Source of the DNA: a phage
Sequence record: PX969468.1
Direction: 5' to 3' (one strand)
DNA: 64,000 nt
In this document: positions 54,183-63,793 of the stretch, piece after piece
Position numbering within the stretch: the first letter of the stretch is position 1
How the letters are laid out: every line of letters begins with the position of its first letter
The notes under the pieces: model-generated
What the model saw: only the letters and a program-made list of their open reading frames with translations
Database searches by the model: none
Told to the model about the DNA's origin: nothing
Position numbers and translations under genes: made by a program

Positions 54183-55010
54183 GTGAAGAGAGCCGTATAT
54201 CCAGTTGAGTATGATCCTCTATTAAGAGTTTTCAACAATCAGTTAAGTTTTTATCAATTTTTAGCACAATATAACCCAGAAATCAATGTTGGTTTATCAG
54301 CCCTGCTGCCACCAACAGAATTCGTTATTGGCAGTGTTCACTATCCATGCAGAACGATTGTAGACTTCTTCGAGAAGATTGCAAAACATACAGGCCTGCC
54401 AATTGATACTGGTATTTCAACTATCCGTATGGGTGTTATTCTTCTGTTCTTCACAGAAAACCTTGATGAAAGCACTTTAACACTGCAAAGCGGGGATGTC
54501 AATATCACACTCACTCCGTCAGTGTTTAAAGAGGTAGATGCTGCTTTCCAAGTTTCCGTGGCAGAGGGCCATTTATGGGACCCTGTAGGGATGCCTAAAA
54601 AAGTGACCATAAACGATGAGCAATGCAACATTGTTTATGAAGAAGATACCCAAACTTTCACCATTGAGTGGCCTAAGAAACGTTCTCAGGTTGTAAATCT
54701 TGGACTGGTCTCTACGATAGCTCCACCTCCTGAACCAGAGCCGGAGCCGCCTGTAGGTCCTACTGAACCTAGTGGTGACGGTGAAGTTACTGTAGCAGAT
54801 CCGCAAGATGTGACTGTATCATCTTCCTCATTTGTAGCCATTGAGAATAAGGATGAAATCCTTAAACAGGCCGCAGCTCTTAACAACGAAGATGACAAAA
54901 GTGGTTCAAAAGATGCACTCCAAACCTTCGCTAAAGAGTACGGTGTTACCTTAAGTAAGGCAAAAACTTTCCAAAATATGATGAAAGATTTTGAGGCTGC
55001 ACTGGCATAA
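54183..55010 (+). CDS. hypothetical structural protein with Pro/Glu-rich linker
   Basis: GTG start with AGGAG RBS; linker PPPEPEPEPPVGPTEPSGDGE. Confidence 0.5.
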   Translation: MKRAVYPVEYDPLLRVFNNQLSFYQFLAQYNPEINVGLSALLPPTEFVIGSVHYPCRTIVDFFEKIAKHTGLPIDTGISTIRMGVILLFFTENLDESTLTLQSGDVNITLTPSVFKEVDAAFQVSVAEGHLWDPVGMPKKVTINDEQCNIVYEEDTQTFTIEWPKKRSQVVNLGLVSTIAPPPEPEPEPPVGPTEPSGDGEVTVADPQDVTVSSSSFVAIENKDEILKQAAALNNEDDKSGSKDALQTFAKEYGVTLSKAKTFQNMMKDFEAALA

Positions 55011-55019
55011 TTTTGTTAA

Positions 55020-55055
55020 GGCCCCTTCCAAATCAGGAATGGGGCTTTATTTTTA
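55020..55055 (+). terminator. terminator-like hairpin plus T-run
   Basis: GCCCCTTCC...GGAATGGGGC followed by TTTATTTTT. Confidence 0.5.
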
Positions 55056-55069
55056 CGAGGTATTTTCAA

Positions 55070-55690
55070 ATGGCATGGTATGAAGATGAAGAGATTATCC
55101 CGTCACCGCCTAACCATGATGGTGTAGTCGATACCCCAGAAGAGCCACCAAAAGAAGATCCTGTACCTCCAGAACCTGATCCAGACCAACCTCTTATTAA
55201 TATTATGAGGTTGTTGCTCGGCAATGTTGATGAGGAAACTCTCCCTGATGAGGTAATTAAAACATTCCTTGACATGGAGAAGTTGAAACTAAATTATCCG
55301 GCAGATCCTGATAAGCTACCTCTACTTAAATACAATGTGCTTGTGCAACTTGTGCGGTGGCTGATGATGCAGGAAGTGTCCAGCGGTAATGCAAGTATAA
55401 CTTCCCGTCTGGAAAAAATAGGTGATGAGACTATAGAGATTCGTGGTGGGTCTTCCTACGCTCAATGGAAAGATTTCCTTGATTGGCTGCTGGCACACCC
55501 CGACTATGTAGATTCTGAGCTAGATGCTTACAGCAGAATGATTATCATTGGTGGTGTTCGTGTAGATGAAGGAATTCGGGTTAAATTTAATGAAAACAGC
55601 AACGGGCCGTTCGATGTCCAGGGTATTACACCTATCAGTGGTCTAAATAACCAACCTCCTCGCCACCCAAGACGCAAACGCAGTTTTTAA
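55070..55690 (+). CDS. hypothetical head-tail joining region protein
   Basis: Start moved to MAWYEDEE... downstream of the terminator hairpin. Confidence 0.5.
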   Translation: MAWYEDEEIIPSPPNHDGVVDTPEEPPKEDPVPPEPDPDQPLINIMRLLLGNVDEETLPDEVIKTFLDMEKLKLNYPADPDKLPLLKYNVLVQLVRWLMMQEVSSGNASITSRLEKIGDETIEIRGGSSYAQWKDFLDWLLAHPDYVDSELDAYSRMIIIGGVRVDEGIRVKFNENSNGPFDVQGITPISGLNNQPPRHPRRKRSF

Positions 55691-55696
55691 AAATTG

Positions 55697-55725
55697 TTGC
55701 TTTTGATGTATCTTTGTGGTAAAAT
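55697..55725 (+). promoter_or_regulatory. sigma70-like promoter with extended -10 (TTGCTT-17-TGgTAAAAT)
   Basis: Shares the tGGTAAAATAC motif with the promoter at 59218..59246. Confidence 0.5.
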
Positions 55726-55743
55726 ACATTAGTGAGGGATATA

Positions 55744-56202
55744 ATGCTAAAGGTTAAATGTCAAACAAGGTTCAACCTAAAGCGTTTAGATCGCTTCTAC
55801 AAAGAACTTGTGAGACTTGAAAGTAAAACAATAACCTACGGCTTTTATGACGAACCTCACCCGTCAGGCTTAAATATGGCAACATTGGCAGCCATTCACA
55901 ACTTCGGTTGGAACGGGCTGCCTGTTCGCAATTTCATGGAGACAGCCTTTGCATTTCACAGCACTCAACTACAGACCTTGACAGAAAAATTGTTGAGAGC
56001 TATGGCTAGAGGATCAAGTGCAGAGGCTATTCTTAAGCAGATGGGGGACACAGGGGCCAAAGCTATCCAGTTTGTTATTGAGGCTGGTCAGTTTAGTAAC
56101 CCTACTGTTAGTGAGCAGTGGGCACAAGAAAAGGGCTTCAACGAGGCTATGCGGCATTACGATGTGCTGCTTGAATCTGCAACCTTTAAAATTGGACAGT
56201 AA
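55744..56202 (+). CDS. hypothetical structural protein (neck/tail completion region)
   Basis: ATG preceded by GAGGGA. Confidence 0.5.
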   Translation: MLKVKCQTRFNLKRLDRFYKELVRLESKTITYGFYDEPHPSGLNMATLAAIHNFGWNGLPVRNFMETAFAFHSTQLQTLTEKLLRAMARGSSAEAILKQMGDTGAKAIQFVIEAGQFSNPTVSEQWAQEKGFNEAMRHYDVLLESATFKIGQ

Positions 56203-56217
56203 AAATAAGGGGGTTGA

Positions 56218-56643
56218 GTGGCAGCAGGTTATAAGCTGATAGGAAAGAACAGGCTAATACCTCGTAAAACATTCAAAGGTCGCCACAGAGTGTATAACAA
56301 AACAGTTGGTGGTCCTTTTGCTAACGAGGGGTTAGAACTTAAGTATGAAGAGTTTGATGTCTTAGAGTGTGTTGTGCAGCCGTTGACAGGAAGGGCAGCC
56401 AAAGATTACTCCTCTCAAATAAACCCTGAAGGTGACAGACAGTACGAGGCTTTTACAGTTTACTCCTCAACCAAGTTGTATAGTCCGGATGAAGGAACAT
56501 ATGCAATGGCTGACCAAATTCAGCTGCCCGACATCCGTGGTGACTTGAAATGGTTTACTGTTTTAAAATGCGATGCATATGTTACCTCTGGTGGTGGGAG
56601 ATATAGATTTTTTGTGGTAGAAGAGCCTGAAGGAGAAAACTGA
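56218..56643 (+). CDS. hypothetical structural protein
   Basis: GTG start with GGGGG RBS. Confidence 0.5.
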   Translation: MAAGYKLIGKNRLIPRKTFKGRHRVYNKTVGGPFANEGLELKYEEFDVLECVVQPLTGRAAKDYSSQINPEGDRQYEAFTVYSSTKLYSPDEGTYAMADQIQLPDIRGDLKWFTVLKCDAYVTSGGGRYRFFVVEEPEGEN

Positions 56644-57194
56644 TGGAAGCTTTCGAAAAAGTTTTTTCTGATCTTGAAACAACCATTGCTAAGCTCGTCA
56701 AGGTTGCCACAGGAAGAACTGTAGTTCTGGCAGAAAGCTCTACCATACCTAAGCCGGAAGGTGAGTTTGTACTTTTACAAACCTTGGCGATCAATCCAAC
56801 CACTTGGGAAGATAATGAGTTTCAAGACGCGGAGGGTAATGCCTACGTCACCCACAGTTACACTGTTACTTATCTGTTAACAGCTTATCGTGGCAGGGCA
56901 TATGCTGCACTTAGCAGAGTATTGCAAGCAATAAACCTTCCGATGTTTTATGACAAGTATTTCCCTCTGGGATCGTGCTTTGCCTACTCTAACAATTCAA
57001 CAATCTCACCTCAAAGAGTGCCGTTGAATAAGCAGACGTATGAAAATAGAGCCACTGTGATGCTGACATTTAACGTAAGGTTTGTTGAAACAGACATTGG
57101 GGCTTTTGAGGATCTTGAGGGAATTAAGGCTGAAATAACCACACACTTCCCTTCACCCAATTCTGGTAAAGCGGTTACAGACAGTGGTCAGTAA
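56643..57194 (+). CDS. hypothetical structural protein
   Basis: Translationally coupled (ATGA overlap). Confidence 0.5.
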   Translation: MEAFEKVFSDLETTIAKLVKVATGRTVVLAESSTIPKPEGEFVLLQTLAINPTTWEDNEFQDAEGNAYVTHSYTVTYLLTAYRGRAYAALSRVLQAINLPMFYDKYFPLGSCFAYSNNSTISPQRVPLNKQTYENRATVMLTFNVRFVETDIGAFEDLEGIKAEITTHFPSPNSGKAVTDSGQ

Positions 57195-57266
57195 TCGTTA
57201 TAATTGTGTAGTGTAATGATTACACTGCGTGTTTGATATCCGTGCACAGATATTAAGAGGAAACAA

Positions 57267-58643
57267 ATGCCATATTTAGATAAAGTGGTAGATGTTACAG
57301 TTAACCTCGGAACCCAGCCTATTGACACTGTAGGTTTCGAAACTCCCCTGTTCATCGCTATCCACAACAACTTTACTGAGCGAGCTCGCGTATATGCAGA
57401 GCTGGATCAGATGGTGGAAGATGGTTTCGCACAAGGCTCTGCAGCGTATGAGTTTGCAGCAAAAGCTTTTGGTGGTGTATTCCCTCCACAATACGTTATG
57501 ATCGGTAGACAGGCCAAAGAAAAGACCACTGTAGATTTTAAAGGTATTGCTGCCGCAGCTGATACCGATGTCGTAATGACTATTGCAAAAGGTAGCTACA
57601 ATACCTCTTTGATAGTCCCTATCTCTGGTGGAACAGCTGCAACTCAGATTGCAGAATCAATGAAGACTAAAATCGAAGCAGATGATAACTTGGACGATAT
57701 CACTGTAGAGGCTGCTGATGGTGTTATCACCATCACTGGTGACTGTACTGTTGGTTACCATACTGGTAACTATACAATCAAAAATATCGCCAATGCTGAA
57801 AAACCTTCTACAGTAGTTGATAAGATCAATGCTGAGCGTGACAATTGGTACTTCCTGTGCCATGAAGACCACACCGACATTGAAGCATGTGCTAAGTGGG
57901 CTCAGGCTAACTACAAGCTGCATGTCTACTCTACGGCAGAAGATGTGACTGGTAAAGATAATAACATCGCCACCAAACTGAAAGCTGCACAATATGACAG
58001 TGTCGGCATGTACGATCCTCGCGCAGATAAGGACTTCCCAGAGGGTGGTATCGTAGGCGCTATGGCATCCAACGATCCGTCTTACGGTGACAGCTTGCAT
58101 TTAAAACAGATGCCGGGTGTGATTGCACCATCTATGACTTTAACTCAGCGTATGGCGATTTGGGAAAACCACGTTAACTTCTACAGAATGATTAACGGTG
58201 TTGGTGCTTTCTGGGAAGGCAAGTGTGCTTCAGGTCAGTATGCAGACGCTATTCGTTTTGCACACTGGATCAAGTTCAGATCTGAAGAATCTATGTTTGG
58301 GTACATGCATCGTCGCTCCAACATGGGTTTAAGCATGAAGATGTCTGATGATGATCTTCCGGTTATCAAGTCTGTCCTGATGAACAACCCAATCAACACT
58401 GGCATTAAGAATGGTGCGATCCTGACAGGTTTTGACGAAGACAACAATGTGTTCTACGACCCGATCATCACAGTTCCTAAACGTGCAGAGATTCCAACCA
58501 ATCAGTTGGCTGCTCGTGTTCTGGAAGGTGTGAAAGTAGAACTGGTGTATAACAACGCCCTGCACTTCGTTCGTATCCGGATCAACGTCCTTCTGGACAA
58601 AGTTGGTTCTAAATCCACCAATGCTGTTGCAATGACTGAATAA
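57267..58643 (+). CDS. tail sheath protein (putative)
   Basis: 458 aa immediately followed by a 157-aa tube-sized protein, chaperone and tape measure (contractile-tail gene order); strong codon bias. Confidence 0.5.
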   Translation: MPYLDKVVDVTVNLGTQPIDTVGFETPLFIAIHNNFTERARVYAELDQMVEDGFAQGSAAYEFAAKAFGGVFPPQYVMIGRQAKEKTTVDFKGIAAAADTDVVMTIAKGSYNTSLIVPISGGTAATQIAESMKTKIEADDNLDDITVEAADGVITITGDCTVGYHTGNYTIKNIANAEKPSTVVDKINAERDNWYFLCHEDHTDIEACAKWAQANYKLHVYSTAEDVTGKDNNIATKLKAAQYDSVGMYDPRADKDFPEGGIVGAMASNDPSYGDSLHLKQMPGVIAPSMTLTQRMAIWENHVNFYRMINGVGAFWEGKCASGQYADAIRFAHWIKFRSEESMFGYMHRRSNMGLSMKMSDDDLPVIKSVLMNNPINTGIKNGAILTGFDEDNNVFYDPIITVPKRAEIPTNQLAARVLEGVKVELVYNNALHFVRIRINVLLDKVGSKSTNAVAMTE

Positions 58644-58653
58644 GGAAGACTAG

Positions 58654-59127
58654 ATGGAAACTCAAATTTTAACTCCTTATGCTTATGATCCTAAAAAGGT
58701 CAAACTGTATCTGATGCAGCAGCGTGTCACTGGCTTCGCTGCTGACACCAAGATCGTTGTTTCAAGAAACGAAGACAACATCTACCCTCACGTTGGTGTG
58801 GATGGCGAAATGTCTGCTGCCCTGTCTCGTAACCAATCTGGTGTTATGACTGTATCTTTGCAGAACACTTCTGTATGGAACGCTTACCTTTCTGACTGGC
58901 AGAAACAGGCATCGATTACTGGCCTGGTATTCTTCCCGGTTCTGCTGGAAGGTAGCCAGGGCCCTGGTATTTCCACAATTGGTTGGATCCAGAAACAGCC
59001 TGACCTGACTTACGGAACCGAAGTAGGTCAGCTGGACTGGGATATCGGTATTCTGGATGCATGGCTCAACCGTGATAACATCACTGGTGCTCTTACTGGC
59101 CTCGCAGGTCTTGCAGGTATTATCTAA
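58654..59127 (+). CDS. tail tube protein (putative)
   Basis: 157 aa between sheath and chaperone genes. Confidence 0.5.
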   Translation: METQILTPYAYDPKKVKLYLMQQRVTGFAADTKIVVSRNEDNIYPHVGVDGEMSAALSRNQSGVMTVSLQNTSVWNAYLSDWQKQASITGLVFFPVLLEGSQGPGISTIGWIQKQPDLTYGTEVGQLDWDIGILDAWLNRDNITGALTGLAGLAGII

Positions 59128-59145
59128 GGGCACACTTTAGCATAA

Positions 59146-59170
59146 GCCTCACCTTCGGGTGGGGCTTTTT
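59146..59170 (+). terminator. rho-independent terminator (8-bp stem, TTCG loop, T5)
   Basis: GCCTCACC-TTCG-GGTGGGGC followed by TTTTT. Confidence 0.7.
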
Positions 59171-59217
59171 GCTTTTATGGTTTTGACACACGTTCTTGAA
59201 TTGCTTGAAAGGTTAAA

Positions 59218-59246
59218 TTGACAATGCACCATAATCATGGTAAAAT
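59218..59246 (+). promoter_or_regulatory. sigma70-like promoter (TTGACA-17-TGgTAAAAT)
   Basis: Consensus -35 and extended -10 upstream of the chaperone gene. Confidence 0.55.
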
Positions 59247-59289
59247 ACACAAATATGGTGCACAACATGACTAATAAGGATGCTATAAA

Positions 59290-59763
59290 ATGGCTATAAA
59301 CTTTAGACCTACAACAGAGATTGATTTAGCAGGGCACAACTTTGTGATCACCCACTGGGGACCGATGAAAGCAATGAAAAACATGCCTAAAATCGGTAAG
59401 ATTGTGGCTGTCCCGCTAGGTGCTATCGGTGGATCTATTATCTCAGGCGGTCAGAACATGGCAGAGGTCCTTCCTACAGCTCTGGCTTACCTGTTCCAAG
59501 AACTTGATGATAACTCTATTGAAGAGCTATTTAAAATCTTGTTCGAAGATATTACCGTAGATGGTGTGGATAAGCTTAACCCGGATGTTGTGTTTGCAGG
59601 GCATCTGCTGGAGATGATTAAGCTGGCAGGTAAGGTTCTGGAGGTTAACTACGGCTGTTTTTTCACACAAGACGGTTTAGGAAGCCTTCTGGAGATGTTA
59701 CAGCAGATGGGTATGATTCAGCAGGTGAACAACCTGGATCAGACTCCGGAAGAGCAGGAATAA
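59290..59763 (+). CDS. tail assembly chaperone (short form)
   Basis: Located between tube and tape measure genes; contains a slippery heptamer and an overlapping -1 frame ORF. Confidence 0.6.
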   Translation: MAINFRPTTEIDLAGHNFVITHWGPMKAMKNMPKIGKIVAVPLGAIGGSIISGGQNMAEVLPTALAYLFQELDDNSIEELFKILFEDITVDGVDKLNPDVVFAGHLLEMIKLAGKVLEVNYGCFFTQDGLGSLLEMLQQMGMIQQVNNLDQTPEEQE

Positions 59764-60023
59764 GCAAGGTTGTTGTGAGGGCCAGTGAGTGGGCAGCCAA
59801 GAACAGTTCACTCAACTGGTTCGACTTTCTTTGGTGCAGGGTGCTCAAGAATTTCAAAGGGGAAAATTTTGAATCGCTAAATCTTGCAGATATGGCGTAT
59901 TTCCTGAAGCTCTGTGAGTATCTTGATATCGAAGAATTCCTAGATACCGTCCAAAACAGGGAAATGGAGCGGGAGCAGAAGGCTGCCGCAGCTGCTGCGA
60001 AAGCTAAGCGCAGGAGAGGATAA
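59290..60023 (+). CDS. tail assembly chaperone, predicted -1 frameshift-extended form (about 244 aa)
   Basis: Slippery T TTT TTC at 59658-59664; the -1 frame is open from 59649 to 60023 and covers track ORF 59775..60023. Confidence 0.5.
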
Positions 60024-60027
60024 TCTA

Positions 60028-60066
60028 AGGGCCGGATTCCTTTTCTGGGATCTGGCCCTTTTTATT
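60028..60066 (+). terminator. terminator-like hairpin plus T-run
   Basis: AGGGCCGGA...TCTGGCCCT followed by TTTTTATT. Confidence 0.5.
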
Positions 60067-60077
60067 ATGAGGAAACC

Positions 60078-62411
60078 ATGGCTACAAACAAAATAGTTGC
60101 CACAACAGTCAACAAGATTGGCTTTGAGATAGAGAACTCCTCCTACAAAAAAGCTGTAGAGAAAATTCGCAGTATTGGGAGGGAGTTCAGGAAACTGGGC
60201 GAGGATTTTAACTCAGCCAACCCCATGAGTAGATGGCAGGCGGTAGCTGTTAAAACCCAGCAGACAATGCAGAGGGTTGCCAGACAGCAATCTCAGGCAA
60301 ATGCTAAACTGCACAGAGAGAGCGTAGCACAGGCCAAGAAAGAGGCTGCAGTAAGGGCTGCAATAGAACGTAGGGAGAATGCGAGACGTAAACAAGCTGT
60401 AGGTAATCTTACCGCTAAAAATCCAGAAATGGCTAGGATGCGTAAGTTCTACCAGCAGCAAGCTAAAGAGGCCAAAAAGGCTGCCAAATCTGCACCAGTG
60501 TCTTACGGCGGTTATAAGCCACCTAAGGCAAGAGTTCTGGCTAATGCTAAAGCTTTCAAATATATCCCCGGTAACCCTAATATGGGTGGTGTGGCTTCCG
60601 ACCCTAATCTTGTGAAAGCTCAGACAGCTGCTATGAATCGTTATCATAGACAGCTAAGAAGGGACGGTAAAGCTGGTATGGATAATAGGCTTATGTCGGA
60701 TCGTGAGGCAAGAAGAACCCACCTCTACAACTCCGCGATAAGACTTTCTGCCAAGTATGGTGCCGGATTCCGTGGAAGCTTGCCAGGATACTCAGAGTTA
60801 GAGTCCAGGTTTGCTCGCGGGGAGATGAAAAAGTCAACCTTTAACGCCCACCTGTCAGCGCTGCAGTCTGGATTTAAAAGTGCCACCAGCCAAACGCTTA
60901 CACTAGGCGATGCCATGAGAGACTTACGTAGATCTGTTATTAATGCAACAGCTGCGTATACAGCTTTTTCTGGATTTGCTGCGGTTAACAGATCCGGTCA
61001 CATGATGGAGGGGGCAAGTGCTGCTCTTACTGCTGTTACTGGAGATCCAAACAAAGCCAACAGTGAGGTTGCGTTTGTCCAGCAAGAGGCTATGCGTCTT
61101 GGTTTTGATCTCAAATCTGGTCTTCAAGGTTACGCCCAAATGTCGGTAAACGCCAAAAACCAGATGACAAACCAGGAAGTGCATGAGCTGTTTTCTGCAT
61201 ATTCCCAGTATGCTGCTGCTTATGGTGCTGATGAGGTAAAATACCAGCGCGGTATTATGGCAATCCAACAGATGCTCGGTAAGGGACAAGTAATGTCCGA
61301 AGAGCTGAAGCAACAACTCGCTGAAGCATTGCCTGGTGCATATGAACCTTTTATCAAGGCCACCAAAGAGGCTTTTGGTCTTTCTGAACTCTCCATGGAT
61401 CAGTTCATGGACATGATGAAGAAAGGTGAGGTTAAAACAGCCAAGATCATGAAGTATGTAGCTAAGTACATGAACGAGGCATCTGCAGCTGGTTATGAAA
61501 GAATGCAGAAGTCTAACGTGCTGGCAGAAAACAGACTGAAAACCTTCATCGAACTGACTCGTCAGAAACTGTTCACCCGTTGGTCTGACGAACTAACAGA
61601 GTTCTATTATACACTAATCCGCACTGGTGAGACTCTGCAATTTGTGTGGGATGCCTCTGGTGATTTTGTTAGCGGGTTTGTGAGAGGCCTTAACTGGGTA
61701 GTTGGTGAACTAAACAATACTATAGTTAAGATCCGCATGTTTTTCCTTGAATGGGGTATTAAATGGGGATTCATAACAGCTAAGACGAAGGAATATTCTG
61801 AAGAGCTTCATGACACCTTTAGCTATGCTAAATGGGCAGGGTTTGCTGCTGCCATCATGCTGGTCGTCAACGCCCTAACAAAAGGTTTTGTCATGGCATC
61901 TATGCTTGTAAAAACCTTTAAATTCCTTAATTCTCTAAGAGGTGCAGCTGGAGCAGCAGGTGCAGCTACTGCAGAAGGATCTGGTGGTGGCGCGGCAGGA
62001 AAAGGTGGAGGTGGCCTCAAGACACCTGGTGGTAAAGTTGGTCTGCTTGGCAAGCTGGGCATTATCGGTACAATATTAAGCGCCGGGGAATTATTTAATG
62101 ACCGTTTCAACCCGCTGAGTGAAAGAAATCAGCAACTGGATACTATCAGCGATATGATTCGCAAAGATATCATATCGGGAGGTAACGGGTTTGTTAATCC
62201 TTTGGACACCTTGCCGGGTGGGACTCTTCCGTTGCCAGGTGGTCCTGGTTTTGCTTCTCAATTAAGAACTATGGAAATGCTACCTTTAGAGATCAGTGAT
62301 GGGAAAATCACGCTTTCCATAGATGAGGGCGAGTTTAGCAAAATACTTGATGCAAAACTTGAGTGGGAGAACAGTAAAGATATCAACTTCATGTCTACCG
62401 ACCTTTGGTAG
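60078..62411 (+). CDS. tail tape measure protein
   Basis: 777 aa, Ala/Gln-rich helical N-terminus, Gly-rich tract (GAAGAAGAATAEGSGGGAAGKGGGG), directly after the chaperone pair. Confidence 0.7.
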   Translation: MATNKIVATTVNKIGFEIENSSYKKAVEKIRSIGREFRKLGEDFNSANPMSRWQAVAVKTQQTMQRVARQQSQANAKLHRESVAQAKKEAAVRAAIERRENARRKQAVGNLTAKNPEMARMRKFYQQQAKEAKKAAKSAPVSYGGYKPPKARVLANAKAFKYIPGNPNMGGVASDPNLVKAQTAAMNRYHRQLRRDGKAGMDNRLMSDREARRTHLYNSAIRLSAKYGAGFRGSLPGYSELESRFARGEMKKSTFNAHLSALQSGFKSATSQTLTLGDAMRDLRRSVINATAAYTAFSGFAAVNRSGHMMEGASAALTAVTGDPNKANSEVAFVQQEAMRLGFDLKSGLQGYAQMSVNAKNQMTNQEVHELFSAYSQYAAAYGADEVKYQRGIMAIQQMLGKGQVMSEELKQQLAEALPGAYEPFIKATKEAFGLSELSMDQFMDMMKKGEVKTAKIMKYVAKYMNEASAAGYERMQKSNVLAENRLKTFIELTRQKLFTRWSDELTEFYYTLIRTGETLQFVWDASGDFVSGFVRGLNWVVGELNNTIVKIRMFFLEWGIKWGFITAKTKEYSEELHDTFSYAKWAGFAAAIMLVVNALTKGFVMASMLVKTFKFLNSLRGAAGAAGAATAEGSGGGAAGKGGGGLKTPGGKVGLLGKLGIIGTILSAGELFNDRFNPLSERNQQLDTISDMIRKDIISGGNGFVNPLDTLPGGTLPLPGGPGFASQLRTMEMLPLEISDGKITLSIDEGEFSKILDAKLEWENSKDINFMSTDLW

Positions 62412-62421
62412 TAAACTGTGT

Positions 62422-62447
62422 AGGGGGCTCTGGCCCCCTTTATTTTA
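62422..62447 (+). terminator. rho-independent terminator (AGGGGGC-TCTG-GCCCCCT plus T-rich)
   Basis: 7-bp stem followed by TTATTTTAT. Confidence 0.6.
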
Positions 62448-62515
62448 TCAGTGTTGTAAAAACGGCTATTTTATGATACAATATTTAGATGGTATCGGAG
62501 TGTCCTGGAGAGGTT

Positions 62516-63400
62516 ATGCAAAGTAATATAGTTGATGAAAAAGACCTGTACAAGCCTCAAGAGGTTAAATCTCCAAAGGCTGAAAAGGCAGAGCAGCAAA
62601 CCGAAAGCGATGTAAAGTACACTATGTTTGTCAGCGGTCTTAACTATGGCGGTCGCAACATAGAAATGAAGGGTAAAAACTTTACTAACGATCTTGCCAT
62701 TATCTTCGATCAGGTTGAGAATTACTCTTTCAAACATTCTGTTGATAAGACGGGGTTTGCGGTGGAAGATAAATCTACCCTGTCAGACCACGCTGTAATT
62801 AAAGATGGTGTATTTTCTTTTACCGGTAGGGTAAATACATCTCCACATATAATCTATGAGCAAAACTACATCGATAGGAATACTGACTCTAAAAACCCTG
62901 CAGCATCTATGCGACCAAGTGCTGCACTGGAGGCTTTGACTGAGATCATTAACAAGCGACAGTTGGTTTCTTTGGTTACCGAGGAGAGACTTCTTGAGAA
63001 CTACATCATAACCAGCCTTTCTGCCAGCAAGTCTGTTGGTGAAGGTGCTGCAATGGTTTTTGATGTAGAACTTACAGAGTTCCGCACATTCTACTTGAAC
63101 AAAGTTGTTAATGCAACTGTATACAGCAATCCTAAGAAAGTAGGCAAGACCCAACAAAAAGGTGCTGTCAACGACTGTAAGAATGGTAGTAACGTAGGTA
63201 ACAAGAGGGACACAGGAGCATTCGCAGACACCGCATCCACAAATGCTGCAGAGGAGTGGCAGCCATATAAATCTATGATGTGGACAGATGAAAACGGTGT
63301 TACCCAATCGGCTGCGGATTGGTATTACCAGGAATATGGAAGACCTTCTACCATAGTCCCATCTGAGCAGGGAAACTACGACAAAGTTAACGGGAAATAA
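62516..63400 (+). CDS. hypothetical tail/baseplate-region protein
   Basis: Start moved to MQSNIVDEK... (GGAGAGG RBS) downstream of a TTGTAA/TACAAT promoter-like element; start coordinate may be off by 1. Confidence 0.5.
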   Translation: MQSNIVDEKDLYKPQEVKSPKAEKAEQQTESDVKYTMFVSGLNYGGRNIEMKGKNFTNDLAIIFDQVENYSFKHSVDKTGFAVEDKSTLSDHAVIKDGVFSFTGRVNTSPHIIYEQNYIDRNTDSKNPAASMRPSAALEALTEIINKRQLVSLVTEERLLENYIITSLSASKSVGEGAAMVFDVELTEFRTFYLNKVVNATVYSNPKKVGKTQQKGAVNDCKNGSNVGNKRDTGAFADTASTNAAEEWQPYKSMMWTDENGVTQSAADWYYQEYGRPSTIVPSEQGNYDKVNGK

Positions 63401-63412
63401 GGGGAGCGTATA

Positions 63413-63793
63413 ATGGAGCTTAAAGATTGGTGCATAATCACCTTTGTGTGGGACATTGACGGCTTTCCTGATCAAACCATGCGTGTTGTTTTAGACAATG
63501 AAACGTATGAAATGCGTATGCAATGGAATGAGAGGGATGAGTCCTGGTGGTTATCTCTTGGTCCAGTAGGTGACAGCCCTTTAGTAACCAGAAAAGTAAC
63601 AGCTTGTCAAGATATTTTAGACGGACTGCATTACAGAGATGATTTACCAAAAGGTAGACTGATGGCGCTGTCGTTTAAAGACGATCAATATTGGGGTAGG
63701 GTTGGAAGATATAACCTTGGGGCGAGATCTGAGCTACAGCTTGTATACGGCACCCCGGTTGATCTTTACAAGGAACAGCAAGGGTTAGAATAA
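63413..63793 (+). CDS. hypothetical tail/baseplate-region protein
   Basis: Track ORF; GGGGAG RBS. Confidence 0.5.
   Translation: MELKDWCIITFVWDIDGFPDQTMRVVLDNETYEMRMQWNERDESWWLSLGPVGDSPLVTRKVTACQDILDGLHYRDDLPKGRLMALSFKDDQYWGRVGRYNLGARSELQLVYGTPVDLYKEQQGLE

Noticed and set aside
59775-60023. Independent 82-aa gene starting at GTG 59775
   Set aside because: The frame is open well upstream into the chaperone gene and is reached by a canonical slippery heptamer, so it is better explained as the frameshift extension.
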